Below are positions 26,018 through 39,039 of a DNA stretch of 64,000 bases, piece by piece. This DNA is from Azolla caroliniana (lineage: Eukaryota; Plantae; Polypodiophyta). The position numbers were made by a program, and so were the translations under genes. Under the pieces are notes generated by a model. The model searched no databases. It was not told the origin of the DNA and saw nothing but the letters and a program-made list of their open reading frames with translations. Positions within the stretch are counted from its first letter, which is position 1; the number at the start of each line of letters is the position of its first letter. The DNA lies in NCBI GenBank assembly GCA_043228905.1, contig JBHGNT010000001.1, positions 2,294,001-2,358,000 on the forward strand, read 5' to 3'.

Positions 26018-29000
26018 CTATCTGCCATCGTTGGAAGTGAAGGATTCTGCGAAGCCGAGAGGTCTGCTAGGCATGCTACCATTAGTGGTGTCAAGGTCCA
26101 CACAGCAGTAATGCGTGAAGAAAGCAGAGGAGCTTTCCATGGTGGTGCTGGTGCTGGTCATGGTAGTACAGGAGGAGGTGGAAGTAGTGGTGGTGGAAGA
26201 AGAAGATGTCCCTGTGACGCCTTCATAAGCTTGCCATTTCTTCAGTGCCTGAGGTAACGTCATGTGGAGATCGATCCCTATCCCATCCTCTCCTTCCATG
26301 TCTGCAGGTTTCCATAGCTCCACCAGAGGAAGGAGGACGTTCACTGCGTGGCTCATGTCTGGACGCTGCCATGCGTCTCTCCGCGTGCAGTGCCCAGCCA
26401 GCTCCGCCACTGCCTTGAAGCTCTGCACGGATGTGTCGTTCTCTGCGTTCATGACCTCCTCCATCAAAGCAGGATCCATGGCGGTCTTCATCAGTTCTTG
26501 CAGGTCGTTCTTGGCGCTCATGCGTCTGAACCATGCCACCAGATGCATGTCCTCCTCGGTCTGTGTCTCGTCCAGTGCTTTCCTTCCTGTTATTAGCTCC
26601 ATCAGAACCACCCCATAGCTGAACACATCTGATTTCGTCGTCACCCTCCCTGTCACTGCAGAGAAATGGAAACCAAAAACGTCAAATTAGGCGAGAGAAC
26701 AGACAGTGCCAAATCATTTCATTCATGTATCTATCTCATGACACTGTAGGAACCAGAGTATATGAGACAGAAGCAAGCAGGTTGTGTTCCCTAGCTAGTG
26801 AACAGAACAGAAGGTCGCCACCACAGAAGCTTTACGAAAATTCATTAATTCGTTGATCACGAGGGTAAAGTTCAAACACGGATAGATATCTGTCGATCAC
26901 TGGTGTGATCCTTTTTTTGTGGGATATATGGTATACAAGGTTGCCATGGATCCTGCCAAACAGTATAGGCATGAACCTGTGCAGGAGGTAATTCACCATG
27001 GCTCCTCCTGATAGAGTAGAATTAGAATTACACACAAAAACAGTACGAGGAAAACAATATAAAGAACAGACTTGCACACGAATCACACACAAGAAGGCAC
27101 AAAAAAATATTACAAACTGTGCCACTAGAATCTTGCCATGGATACTGGTAATGGATTAAAACAGCAAAGAAACTAGTACGAAGAACGCAATAGACCAAAA
27201 CTGACTTGTGGATAAACTATACACAAGACGATCATTCAGATTGCAATTAGAAGCTTGCCATGGATCCTTAAAACTAATTCCTAATATTGCACAGAAACCA
27301 TACAACAAGACAATACGAGAAACAGAGAAGAGGCTCGTCATATACAGAGAAAGAATAGATTTTATAAGAATGAATGCGCAATTAGAATCTGCCCATGAAT
27401 CTGTCCATGGATCCTGCAGAAACCAGTACATAAAGCAGATGTGCACAGCTCAAATACAAAAAGTCATACACCAAGAATACAGGCTCTGCAATTAAACTAC
27501 TCACCATGGATCCTGGGAGTTGATAAAAAAATTGCATACAAAACTGAGCTATAAACAAATACAGTCCTGCACAGGAATAAGATATGATGGGTTGAATGGA
27601 TTTACCTGCATATTCAGGTGCAAGGTAGCCGAATGTTCCTGCAAGCCTGGTCTCCACAGAGCTCGTATCATCGGAAGCGAGCTTCACCAAACCGAAATCA
27701 GAAACCTTTGCTCGGTAATCATCTCCGAGAAGAATGTTAGAAGACTTGAGGTCACGATGGATGAAGCTTGCCTCTCGAGCGAGGCCATGGAGGTATTCCA
27801 TTCCTCTGGCCACATCCAGAGCTATACTCAGTCTTCTCTTCAGCGTTAATGGAGTCAAGCCAAGCTTCTGATGCTCAAAGAGATGATGACTCAGAGGTCC
27901 TAATGGCATGTATTCGTAGACTAACAACCTCTCATTACCATCGATACAATAACCAAGCAGAGCTACAAGATGGCGATGCCGGACCTTGGTCAGAACAGCA
28001 ATCTCTGATTGAAACTCTTTCAATCCTTTACTGCTCACAACAGATGATTCCATTCTTTTCACAGCAATCTTTGTTCCATCATCAAGCTCTCCCCTGTACA
28101 CGACTCCAAATCCTCCCTTCCCCAACACATTCTTCTGACTGAAATTCTGTGTCACGTTGCGAAGAACTTGGATGGAAATGAGGAGATTAGTACCTGAATC
28201 CGCCACCATTTGAACGCCATGGTTATCACCATAGCCACTACTCACCAAGCTTTCTGTTAAGCTCTCTGACAGATCAAAGACTCGTCGATTACCTAACGTA
28301 AGCTTCATGGACCGTTCATGCTCATCTGGATGAACCATCATTGCATTAGGGCTCCGACCTCGTCTGTAGTTCTTCTTCTTCTTCACCAAGAGAACTGCGA
28401 GAACGCCACCAAGGAAGGCTATACATACCGAACCTAAAATACCCCCCACAAGAACAGACTTAGAGGTACTCCTTCGGTTCGTCTCTGTATTCTTACCTTG
28501 CAAAGATGAAGACGATGCAGAACTAGTTTCCTGTGAGGATGAACGAGGGTTATCTCTCTGTGAAGGGAGCACCGATGGCGATCCATCTGTCGTAGGTACT
28601 GCTGGAGGAGATGGTAATGAACTCGTAGGTTCCTTCATGTTTCCTGTGCCAGAGGGGCTGGCTAGCAATGGAGCAGGAGCTTGGATGTCAGTATTTGTAA
28701 CTTTATCTAGCATAGGATTACCTGTCAGATTTACAGAGACACCTGGCAACAATGGCACAGGAGAAGATAAGTTGTTATTCTGAAGCGAGAGCCTATGGAG
28801 AGACCTGAGGGCTCTGAGCGATGATGGAATGGTTCCAGTTATGGCATTGTCACTGAGAATGAGATTCTGCAGGGAAGAAAGGTTAGCCACAGATGGAGAT
28901 ATGGAACCTGTGAGGCCATGGTTAGGAAGGTTAATGGTGATAACTTTCCCTGTAGTGGAATTACAGGAGATCCCGATCCATGGGGCCGAGGTTGAGGTAG

Positions 29001-30120
29001 TAGAGCAAGGATTGTTACCAACCCATGATGAAGAAAGGTCGAGAGGGTAACCAAATCCTCCCAAGAAATCGATCAAAACATTCACTTCTTCTGCACAGAC
29101 ATCGCCGATCACATCTGAGCAGAAGCCATTGCCTTCAGTAGTAAAATTCTCTGGTTTCAGCCCCGGTATCCTTGGCAGAGGTCCAACCAAGCTATTGTGC
29201 TGGACAGAAAGAGATGAGAGTGATGTTAAACTCTCGAAGCTTGCTGGGATGGGTCCAACAAGATTGTTATCATTCAATCGACAGTCTTTCAGGCTAACTA
29301 AAGCTCCGAGTTCGTCAGGGATCGGACCAGAGAAGGCATTCACTTGAAGCCACAGCTGAGACAGGGACTGTATTCCGGCAACAGGAGCGATGGTGCCATT
29401 GAGAGGGTAAACTCCTATCTGATTGTTGAGCTGAAGAGAAACAAGCTTCGGTGAAGACGCAAAAGAAGGAGGAATGGATCCATAGAGATGATTATAAGCA
29501 AGATGAAGGTTCTGCAGGTTAGGAAGAAGAGCAAGAAAGCTTGGTAAGGCTCCGGTGAGATGAGTGGAAGTAAGAGACAGCGTAATAAGCTCTCTGAGCT
29601 CGACGATTTCTCCTGGCAGCATCCATCCTCCTTCTGAGATGTTCAGAGGGGAGTAATCGAGAGTGAGCAATGTAAGCGAAGATAATCCATGGAAGAAATC
29701 TGAAGGGATTGCAGAGAAAGATTGATAGTTCAAGTAAGCACTCTGCAAAGAAGAGAGGCCATTGAAGGAAGGAAGAGGTCCAGAGAAATTGTTTCCTTGC
29801 AACGCAATGCTCTGAAGGTTTGCCATAGAATTAAGAGAAGAAGGAAGCTGACCGTGGAGTCCTGTGTTTTTGAGCTCAATGGCTGTGACTGAGGTTCCAT
29901 GGCATTGAATATAATCCCATTTGCTTCCACAGGGATCGTCTCCCGTCCAAGAAGGAAGGTAAGCTATGCCGCCCACATTCTGCAGAAGCTCCTTCAGCAC
30001 TGCGACATCTGCAAGATCTGTGCCCTCTGACTTTATCTCATCTACTGCGAAGAAGCACAGAAATGCAAGAAGACGGTGGAAGAGAAGAAGGCCGTAAAGA
30101 GGACGATTCTGAAACGCCAT
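26018..30120 (-). CDS. TMK: TMK-type (LRR-IX) receptor-like kinase, ~1050 aa
   Basis: Exons 30120-27606 and 26655-26018 (intron at APEYA-V). Signal peptide, two LRR blocks separated by a Cys-pair island (SWVGNNPC), Ser/Pro-rich stalk, TM helix. Kinase motifs [58 protein letters not shown]; TMK C-terminus [19 protein letters not shown]. Confidence 0.95.
26940..27515 (-). repeat. Six dispersed copies of a motif AG-GATCCATG-G(T/C)RA in the TMK intron
   Basis: Plus-strand CATGGATC-like cores at 27505, 27406, 27259, 27137, 26997 and 26945, several followed on the minus strand by TTCTAATTGC-like tails. Confidence 0.75.
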
Positions 30121-32759
30121 CAGATAAAAGAGGATCGATGCCGTTATTCAGTTAGATAGCTGAGTTCAGTGCAACAATGTGACCATTCACATTGCAGCAG
30201 AAGGTGAAGAAGAAAGACCACGAAGAAGAAGATGATGATGATGATGAAAAGGAAGACATAAAAGTGACCAAGAAAGGAGAAAATATCGGTAAAAGTGAAG
30301 CTTTTGGCTATGGCTACGTTTCTTCTGCTGAACATGCATGTACTCAGGCAGAAAGATAAAAGGCGAGGTAACTAAAAGTAAAGCTTTTAGCTATGGCGAA
30401 CCAACTGTTTCACATGCATTCTACAGTACGTATCTGGATGTTAACATGTAATAGCGCTGCCCCTAGTTTCTTCCGTTTAATTACATTTCTTTACAGAGGG
30501 ATCTAGCACATCACAAAACATGTCCGCATTGCAGAAAACTAAAGAGAAAAAGAAGAGGTGAGGCGGGCAACAGATAGACATGAAGAAGAAGAAGAAGAAG
30601 TACATATCGGTCGGTGGCTATGGCGGCATTTATGTGGAAAAGTGAGGACAAATTTCCCTGCCCTAATTCCTTTTTCATTCAGAAGGGAGAAAAGAAGGAA
30701 GAAGGATGGAGGATGAGAATCGAGAAGGAAGGAAGGAGGAGGGGGCGATGGCGATGGCGATGGCTCAGTGGCTATGGCGCAGGAAAGCTTCGTGCACATG
30801 CGTTCATTCATTACACAGGCACAAAAGACATATTCTACAGGTAAAACAGATATATATTTATTAAATTATTATTATTATTATTATTATTAATTAACCCTAC
30901 TGCTCTGTCGAGTCTCACTGTCTTGTCCGTTGGTTTCACACCCTACGCCTCTTGTCCGGACAACGGCGCAAGATAGACAGACAAGGCGCCGGCTGGTTTC
31001 ACACTGATGGGGCCTTTTGTCCGGTCAAAAGTGATGAGCAGGACCACAAGTGAAACCTTCCTTCCAAAAAATAATTCTTTCTGTTTTCTTTTTTTTTCAA
31101 TTCGTTTTTCTTCTTAATCCTTTTTTTACGTTTGTTTTCTCTTTTGCTAGATCTAAAACTAACGGACGCTTTTTTTCCATATGATGATGTGCCCACGTGT
31201 CGTTTGCCTACCCAAGAAGGCAGAGCTGAAAAAGAACTACGCACACACATTGCTATAGAATAACTCCCCCAATCACTTCTCTCTAATCCATGTCCCCCCA
31301 GTCCCTTCTTCGTGTCTCGTTGGGTTTCGCCGATCTCCTAGATCCCTTTTTAACAACAAATTCACGAACATCTCTGGATCACACTAATAGCTAGTGAACG
31401 TGAAGTTTTACACATGAGAGATCTGCTCTCTCCAAGCATTGGTGGTATGGAAACTCATTGTATCAAAATACGCCAAGAATGTATCAATGCTTGTATTACT
31501 CTGGATGGTTTCACATCGTACTCGAAGCAAATGTTTGAGCTTCCAAGCTAAACCTAATAGGTCTTGACACATGGGGTGATCTGAAGTAAACATGATGTTG
31601 TGAACCAGAAAATGCCAATATGAGATTGAGAGCTAGAACTACAATTCAACTATGGGTTTGACGTTCAATGATCCTAATCAAAGATCTCTCACCACATAAA
31701 GCCTCCATGTACATGGCCAACGGAAATACTAAGATCTAAGCCATGGATTTAGTGTCTATGAATCGTCATTGAAAGGGAGGCTTGCGTAGAAACTCACCAT
31801 TCGAACGGGGGGAGAATTTTGACAGTGTAAAACCTAACGAGATTATGCATCATATTGAAAGAACTTCCAAAGAGATTTAGGAAATTCGGCGAAAGATGTT
31901 AAGTATTGAGGAATGTGCACTTCGCCACCTGAACTAATTATTGGTTGGTAACTTTTTAGGTGAAACCAGTTTCTTTATTCAGATTTGGTATATCACCTTG
32001 TTAATTAGTCCTGGCCCACCCACTTGAGGGAGTATGTATGCTTTCTTGATTAAAAAGAATGTAGTTTTGGTGCTTTACCAATTCTTGCACCAACATGCAT
32101 CATTCATTTTCTAGCATAATTTTGTTATTCATACTCAAAGAAAGAAAATAAATACAATCATCTAATGCACATACCCTACGTTGTTCTCATTTCCTTACCC
32201 TTTCTCACATGCCACCCACTCTTCCTTGTCTCCCATTCTCTATCTTTCTCTTTCCTTTTCCTCCTTTTTCTCGGGGATTCTTGCCTTTTATCTAGTCCTA
32301 TCAATCGTATTTTAACTACCAAGGATGCTAAATTAAAAATCTCTCTCTTATTTCAGGGTTCTGGTCCTTAGTGGACATTAATAAAACCTATCTCTCTCTT
32401 ATTGTTGTCATTTGTGGATCTATAAAACATGTCTTTGTTTTATTCCCCACTGAACACTTCCTCTCCTTGTTGTATTGCCCATACCTTGCCCCTCCCATTG
32501 ATTGTGCATCAGTAGCTACCGATAATTGCCCACCATCATCATCAAAGTAAGTCCCTAAGAGAGATCGATAATATAGATGGATAGTTAGATTTTAGTAATG
32601 GTCCTTCTAGGGGGTGATTCCCCGATATATATATATATATAAGCCACATTGTATAGCCTTTCTATAAAAATCTCTCCTAAGTAATGGGCCCTTTCGTTGC
32701 TTTTAAATTTTTTTACTTACTTTCCATGGTATTCTAAGAAGTCGATGTGATCTACTACC

Positions 32760-33480
32760 ATTTCTATTTCCAAACTCTTTCTAAGTAAACTATGATGGTG
32801 TACCATGCCATTAACTAATAACAAGCATTGATGTCAACAAAGTGTCAAATAAGTATTCATTGAGAATCCAATCTTAATTTGATTTCTCCTCCATTGGGTG
32901 TGTTCTCCATTTCCAACTTTCAATTGACGAGTAACATATTTGTTTCATCTATGATTGTTTTGAACCTCAAGTCCAACATATTTGAAGTTTCTTATAGTTC
33001 CAAGTGGCTCAATATGAACCATTGTTTTGGAGCTATTGACAATTAATTTATTGAGATGCAAAAGTTTTTCAAACTGATCATAAGATTTTGTGCGCTTTTT
33101 AAAGGTCATTGTTAAAAGCACTACATCATCTATGTACAACAAAGGCATGGTGACTTGTTCCCAATAATAACTCTTCAATAGCTTCTTGTTGTACAAACTA
33201 GTCAAGTATTTGTTTCCAATTCATTAATGCACCAAACAGAGTTGGTGAGAGGGATTTCCTTAATACCAATAATGCTAATGATAAACTTTAAAATTCCATC
33301 TCCCATGCAAATAGGACATATCATCTTCTAAGTATGTGAGATATTGCAAGCATATATTTTTTCTAATTGACATTCTTCCGTGTATCTCCAAATATGCTTA
33401 GAAAGGCATCATATCAAAAGCTTTTTTATCCGTTAGACTTTGCGGCTTGAAGAGCAAGAAGGTGATCAATAATATTCTTA
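32760..33480 (-). pseudogene. Degenerate LINE reverse-transcriptase relic
   Basis: Broken minus-strand motifs KAFD (~33410-33425), PLSPTLFG (~33232-33253), LLYIDDVVLL and FKYVGLE, in the same order as the LINE at 45.8-49.8 kb. Confidence 0.7.
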
Positions 33481-34063
33481 TCGCTTATAATGATGATTAT
33501 AATGCATGTACGACTCCTCCCTAAAAGTTATGGTAAGTAAGAATTCACACATTTTTCTCTATTTTTACTAAGCCCTTTTTACATGCATGTAGAAGGTAGA
33601 GGGTTTATCTTGCCATAAGATCGTACTAACGATAAAAGGACTAAAAAGTTTACTTATGTTACTCTTTAAAAAAAAGACGAGGTTAAGTTCAATCTACGCT
33701 TCCTTCTACTTAACTAATTAGGGAAAGTGTTAACCTCATCGGTTCAACCATTCTCAAATGGGTTGCGGAATTAATCAATTATTGGTCAAATTTAAGCTTG
33801 GTCTCAATCTATACCCTCAACACAATTAATCATAATGGATTAACACATAATTTTACATATGTAAGATTAATCACTTAAATCAACGACGTATTAACATAAG
33901 AGACCACAACAATGCTAACTAATGTGAAGGAGTGTTTGTTTTGGGGGGAAAAAGAGACCACAACCAAACACGTCTCTATTACTAACGCATGTGATAATAC
34001 TAGCCATGCTCTTAAGATTAACGCTTAAGGCTTAAGTGTTAGGTTATTAAGGAGGGTCAAGGT

Positions 34064-34132
<69 letters not shown>

Positions 34133-34139
34133 GCCCAGA

Positions 34140-34209
34140 TGGATGTAGCTCAGTTGGTAAGGTTGCCCAATGGAGACCAGGTGGTCATGGGTTCAACCCC
34201 TACATTCCA
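34140..34209 (+). other. tRNA-derived SINE head / tRNA pseudogene
   Basis: A-box TAGCTCAGTTGG (34146-34157), B-box GGTTCAACCCC (34190-34200), ends pair TGGATGTA/TACATTCCA. The anticodon arm does not fold, so it is not called a tRNA. Confidence 0.6.
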
Positions 34210-34253
34210 CAGTGGCATCTAGTGAAATAGAGATATATATATAATAGAGAGGT

Positions 34254-34322
34254 GAGAAAATTGGGTTTCGAACCCAAGACACAGTGCTTGTAGTGCTATC
34301 GACTTACCACTAGGGTAAGCTA
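34254..34322 (-). other. Second tRNA-derived SINE head / pseudogene, convergent with the first
   Basis: Minus strand TACCCTAGTGGTAAG (A-box-like) and T-arm TTGGGTTCGAAACCCAA containing a B-box. Confidence 0.5.
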
Positions 34323-35587
34323 ATTACGAAAAAAAAGAGAGAGAGAGAGAGAGAGATTGTACCTTTAGAGTTAAATATGACCTACGAGACGAAAAACATT
34401 TTATTTCACATAATACATGTGAAATTGAGCGACAACTCTTGATGTTCAGGAACTTTGCCAATGAATGTTGCAATTGAGAGTGCACATTGTGATTGTGAGG
34501 GAAATCTGCACAAGGATTGGGTTTGGTCGAAGATGTGTGGAAAGCATAGTTGAATATGATCAAAGGCAACCTTATAGAGACAAAGGGACATATAGATAAC
34601 TATGCTAATAAAATGTACCAAAGTGTAAATGTAGAATTATAACACTTCTTTTCACCTTTTCATCTTAGTGTTAGGGGTTTCGTTCTTTATCTCTCTATCT
34701 CTTATTGACTTTTGATTGTATCAAGCTTGTTACTTGGGTACCAACATCGTTAGAGGGTGTATAAGTTTTTGTGTAATAATTACCTAACATAAGAAGAGAG
34801 AGAACCTAAAATAAATATGTTGGCAAGATAAAGTTGAAAATGAGTTACAAATCATGTTAAACAAAAACAAAAATATAGGATAGTTGTGGTCCTTGAGCTA
34901 TAAATTGAACACAGACCCACAATACAAGGTTTGGACTATAACACCAACTTGACAAAGAGCCTACTATTGTACTAGAGAAACGAGGATATCATTTCACATC
35001 CATTAGGCTTCAATATTGAATAGGAAACAAGATAATCGTTGAATGTTTGCATAGCATGTATTTGGTTACCAACATGATAGGTTCAAAGTGGTTTTTTAAT
35101 ACTACACATATGAAAAAGACTTTGTCTTCATGTGGTGGTGAGATAATATCGAATTGAAATCTAGTGATATCTCCGTTGCGTGAAGAAAAATATTGCTAAT
35201 ACATGGTGATAGTAGCAAAAGACACCTAGTGGACACAATGATGTAGGAAGTTTATGATGCTCGTTTATGACAAAATGTTTATGCTATCATTCTAGTGTAT
35301 GGTACCAACCACAAGAACTAAGCATCACCCCTCTATATCAATGTCTTTGTCGAGTTCATGTGGTGACAATTAAACTAAACAATTCACAAATTCAGAAAGC
35401 TCAAGCATTTGTTCAACAATGTTTGTCAAAATATAAAGCTCATGGAAAGCAAATAAAATTTGAAACTTTTATGATGTAGATGTGCTACTCAAGCAATTTC
35501 TAAAAGCCATGAGGCGAAGACAAACGTTGCTAGCACTTATTTTCTAGATCTTAGGATTGTATCCTAGAACATCATCATAGACATGGC

Positions 35588-35640
35588 GAAAGAGGAGGTG
35601 TATTCACCGCCGTTGTCTGATCGTAGCGTCTTCACTTTAT
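35588..35640 (-). pseudogene. Tiny copia integrase fragment
   Basis: Minus strand translates KVKTLRSDNGGEYTSS, the copia integrase RSDNGGEY motif; flanks are not recognisably coding. Confidence 0.65.
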
Positions 35641-36501
35641 GGCTGGATCAAAATAGTTCCTAGAGGAGTAGAACGATCATTTCGCAATTATGTTAGGTCG
35701 ATTCAAAATTGGAACATTTTAACATTCCCTCCTATTGTTCCTCAACCTATGGTAGTACATAAATTATTTCTCAAATTGGTTATGTATGGGGATTGTATAG
35801 TATACAACGTACACAACCATGAAGTTTCACTCAACCAAGTCTTGATGGGTGCACCGTGTGAGTATGGTTGTATAAGGCACAACTTGACATTCCATTACTC
35901 TTTGAGATATTTTAATGTGCTTTTAAGCATAACATTGTCCATGTTTGTACATTATTATTCATTTTGTATCAATCAAGGACCCTAATTTTATGTGTTACGT
36001 TTATGTAATGCAAAAACTTATTAAACTATTAGTTCGGGGAACTATAATAGTCATCATCATTAATCCACAAGGATTATGTTTCAATTATTTCCAAAATTTA
36101 GCTAATTAGTGATAGTTCAAAGAGTAATTAGGTGTGGATATATCACTTAACTTTATGATATTTGAATCTCAATCTTGGAGAATTAAGATGATTAGTTGTT
36201 AAATAAAACCCAACAATGATGTGATGATTATCCAAAACAATTACATCAAGTCATTTCATAATTTTCCTTGGAACTAATAATCATGTCAAGTGCGGCATTT
36301 CGGGAATTGTTGTAAACTAGAGTGTTTTAGGAGTCTAGGACTATGAGTCCTGACATTAGAGTGTTTACAAACGAACATTTGGCTATAGATTTATTTGTGC
36401 ATTTACTTCTCTCTCTCTCTCTCTCTCTCTCTCACGTTGAGGTATGATTCTGTTTTAACTACGAGTTGCTTCGTGGATGTTAAAAGAAATCAAAGGAAGA
36501 A

Positions 36502-39039
36502 ATGCACCACACCCTGTTGTTCTGCAGAGTACCACAGAGAAACTGTGTTTTTTACCTCCATCTATTCAATACTTGTTCTTTGCATACCTTTGAGAACCAA
36601 ACAAAGGTAGAAAAAGCAGAGATCACATGGAACTTTGCCGCTTATGAGTCCTTATTGAAGAAATGTGATAGTTTAGTGTATCTATTTGAGGGTATGTGCA
36701 TCCACGACCATGTGTTTAGAGATGGGCTCGATCACTTTGTGCCTATTAATAACCTTTTATTGCAAATGTATGGGAAATGTGATGCTTTGGACATGGCTTT
36801 GGGTTTGTTTTCTCGAATGTATCAACGAGATTTGTTCTCTTGGAATTTCATTATAAGAGCCCATACTAGAAGAGGTCGAATCGAAGATGCCTTTTCGTTT
36901 TTCCAGAGAATGCTAGAAGAAGGGATGATACCAAATAAAAATATATTCTCGAGCATGCTTTCGGGTCAATCTGGAAATATCACATTTTCCGATTTGTCTC
37001 GTGTTCATGTTCTTATTGCTAGTATTGGATGCCAACATGATATTTTTGTGGGCACTTCTCTTATCAACATGTATGGCAAATGTTTTCACATCGAAGAAGC
37101 AATGGAGATGTTTATTCAAATGCCAGACCATGATATCATAACTTGGAATACCATTATAGCAGCATATAACGAACAAGGTCTTACTGACAAAACACTTGAG
37201 CTTTTTGACAAAATGTTAAGAGAGGCAATGGTCCCCAGCAATGTTACATTTGTTGGCATTCTTGATGCATGTAAAGATATGGGCAAAGGGCAACATATAC
37301 ATGTCCATGTTCTATCTAGTGAATATAAGGAAGAAACTGTTGTTGGGACATCTCTAATGCATATGTATGGAAAATATGGCGATTTGAAGAATGTGAGAAG
37401 GATATTTCACAATATATATGATAGGGATAAGGTCTTGTGGAATGCGGTCATTGCTGCACATGTTCAAAATCAAGAGAGTAAGTGTGCTTTGAGGTTGTTC
37501 CACATGATGTGGCAGGAAGGCATACTTCCAGACAAATTCACTTTTGCTAGTACCTTATCAGCATGTACTGATGAGAATGCGATGCTAGATGGTAAGAGGA
37601 TTCATGCATTGATCTCTTCTAGTAGTGAGATTCGTTTAGAAACTATGTTAGAAAATGCTATCGTGAGTATGTATGGTAAATGTGCTAATATAGTTGAAGC
37701 ACACAAGGCATTTGGTGAGATAAGTTGTCGTGATACCGTGTCATGGAATGCTATGATTGGAGCTTATGCTCGGAATGGAGATGTGTACGATGCATCAATG
37801 ATTTATGAACAAATGCACCAGGAAGGGGTCATGTCTAATCATATTACACTTGTTAGTATGTTTGAAGTCTGTGCAAATAGAAGCCATATATGGCAAGCAC
37901 GAGGTCAACGTCTTCATTCTTGTTTCTTTGTGACTGGAATTGCTCCAGATATCACTGTAGGGAATGCTCTCATGAGTATGTATGCTAAATGTGGGAGGAT
38001 AAAAGAGGCACGAAGTGTGCTTGATAATCTTCCAAAGAGGGACGAATCTACCTTTATCAATTTTCTTTCTTCTTGTACCACCAAAGATGCACTTCAGGAA
38101 GGACGAGAAATACATGCATTTGTTGTTTATATGGGGTATGAAACACATATTCCTTTGGGGACTGCTCTCCTAACCATGTATGGGAAATGTGGGAGCTTGA
38201 ATGATTCGTGGGCGGTCTTTAACAAAATGAATGGCCGAGATGTGATCTCGTGGACGGCCATGATCTCATCATGCACTTCCAATGGCCAAACAAAGGAAGC
38301 GCTTGACCTTTTTGAAGAGATGCAAATGGATGGACTTGAGGCCGATAAGATTACTCTTGTCAACATCCTTGATGCCTGTATAGATGAGGCTGGAATAGCC
38401 GAAGGTAGACGTGTCCATAAACACATAATAGTAGGTTCATTTGAGGCTGATATAGTTGTAGGAACAGCTCTCTTGAATATGTATGGGAAATGTGGTGCCT
38501 TAGAAGATGCCTGTAGAGTATTTGACAATCATCTCTCTCTTCGCGACACAATTGCATGGACCATTATGATTTCAACCTATGCTCAACACGGGCGTGCCAA
38601 GGAATCTCTGAGTCTTTTCAACAAGATGAGGAAGGAAGGGGTAGAACCAAATGAAGTAACCTATATCAGTATCTTGAATGCATGTAGCCATTCAGGCTTG
38701 GTTGATGAAGGTAGGCAATGGTTCACATCCATGAAAGCATGTGGTATTTCACCCGGTGTGGACCATTATAATTGTATGATTGATCTCCTAGGAAGGGCAG
38801 GGATGATGGAGGAGGCAGAAGCTCTGATAAACGAGATGCCAATCACTCCAGGTTCAGTGAGTTGGACAACTATATTAGGAGGATGTAGGGACCAGTTTGA
38901 TGCTCAAAGAGGTGAACGAGCCACAGGAAATGTGATTGAAATAGATCCCTTAAGTGTACCTCCATATGTAACTCTATCAAACATCTATTCAGGAGTTGGC
39001 AAAGACAATGACTTGGTGCTTTCATCGTCAAGTGTGTGA
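36502..39039 (+). CDS. PLS-class pentatricopeptide repeat protein with E domain and no DYW (putative organellar RNA-editing factor), 845 aa
   Basis: Intronless ORF with repeated P-L-S triplets (MYGKCG..A..F..M..RD.ISW), P2-L2-S2 (ACSHSGLVDEG, HYNCMIDLLGRAG) and E motif (SWTTILGGC...PYVTLSNIY), then a stop. Exact start uncertain. Confidence 0.93.
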   Translation: MHHTLLFCRVPQRNCVFYLHLFNTCSLHTFENQTKVEKAEITWNFAAYESLLKKCDSLVYLFEGMCIHDHVFRDGLDHFVPINNLLLQMYGKCDALDMALGLFSRMYQRDLFSWNFIIRAHTRRGRIEDAFSFFQRMLEEGMIPNKNIFSSMLSGQSGNITFSDLSRVHVLIASIGCQHDIFVGTSLINMYGKCFHIEEAMEMFIQMPDHDIITWNTIIAAYNEQGLTDKTLELFDKMLREAMVPSNVTFVGILDACKDMGKGQHIHVHVLSSEYKEETVVGTSLMHMYGKYGDLKNVRRIFHNIYDRDKVLWNAVIAAHVQNQESKCALRLFHMMWQEGILPDKFTFASTLSACTDENAMLDGKRIHALISSSSEIRLETMLENAIVSMYGKCANIVEAHKAFGEISCRDTVSWNAMIGAYARNGDVYDASMIYEQMHQEGVMSNHITLVSMFEVCANRSHIWQARGQRLHSCFFVTGIAPDITVGNALMSMYAKCGRIKEARSVLDNLPKRDESTFINFLSSCTTKDALQEGREIHAFVVYMGYETHIPLGTALLTMYGKCGSLNDSWAVFNKMNGRDVISWTAMISSCTSNGQTKEALDLFEEMQMDGLEADKITLVNILDACIDEAGIAEGRRVHKHIIVGSFEADIVVGTALLNMYGKCGALEDACRVFDNHLSLRDTIAWTIMISTYAQHGRAKESLSLFNKMRKEGVEPNEVTYISILNACSHSGLVDEGRQWFTSMKACGISPGVDHYNCMIDLLGRAGMMEEAEALINEMPITPGSVSWTTILGGCRDQFDAQRGERATGNVIEIDPLSVPPYVTLSNIYSGVGKDNDLVLSSSSV

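Noticed and set aside
25501-26618. Several overlapping short ORFs near the TMK 3' end
   Set aside because: Explained as antisense or alternative frames of the GC-rich TMK exon 2, microsatellites and the 49-bp repeat; no recognisable domains.
34140-34209. Functional tRNA gene
   Set aside because: A and B boxes are present, but the anticodon stem does not pair and the acceptor stem is bulged.
35050-35480. Possible gypsy integrase relic (HSSVWY)
   Set aside because: A single weak motif; insufficient support.
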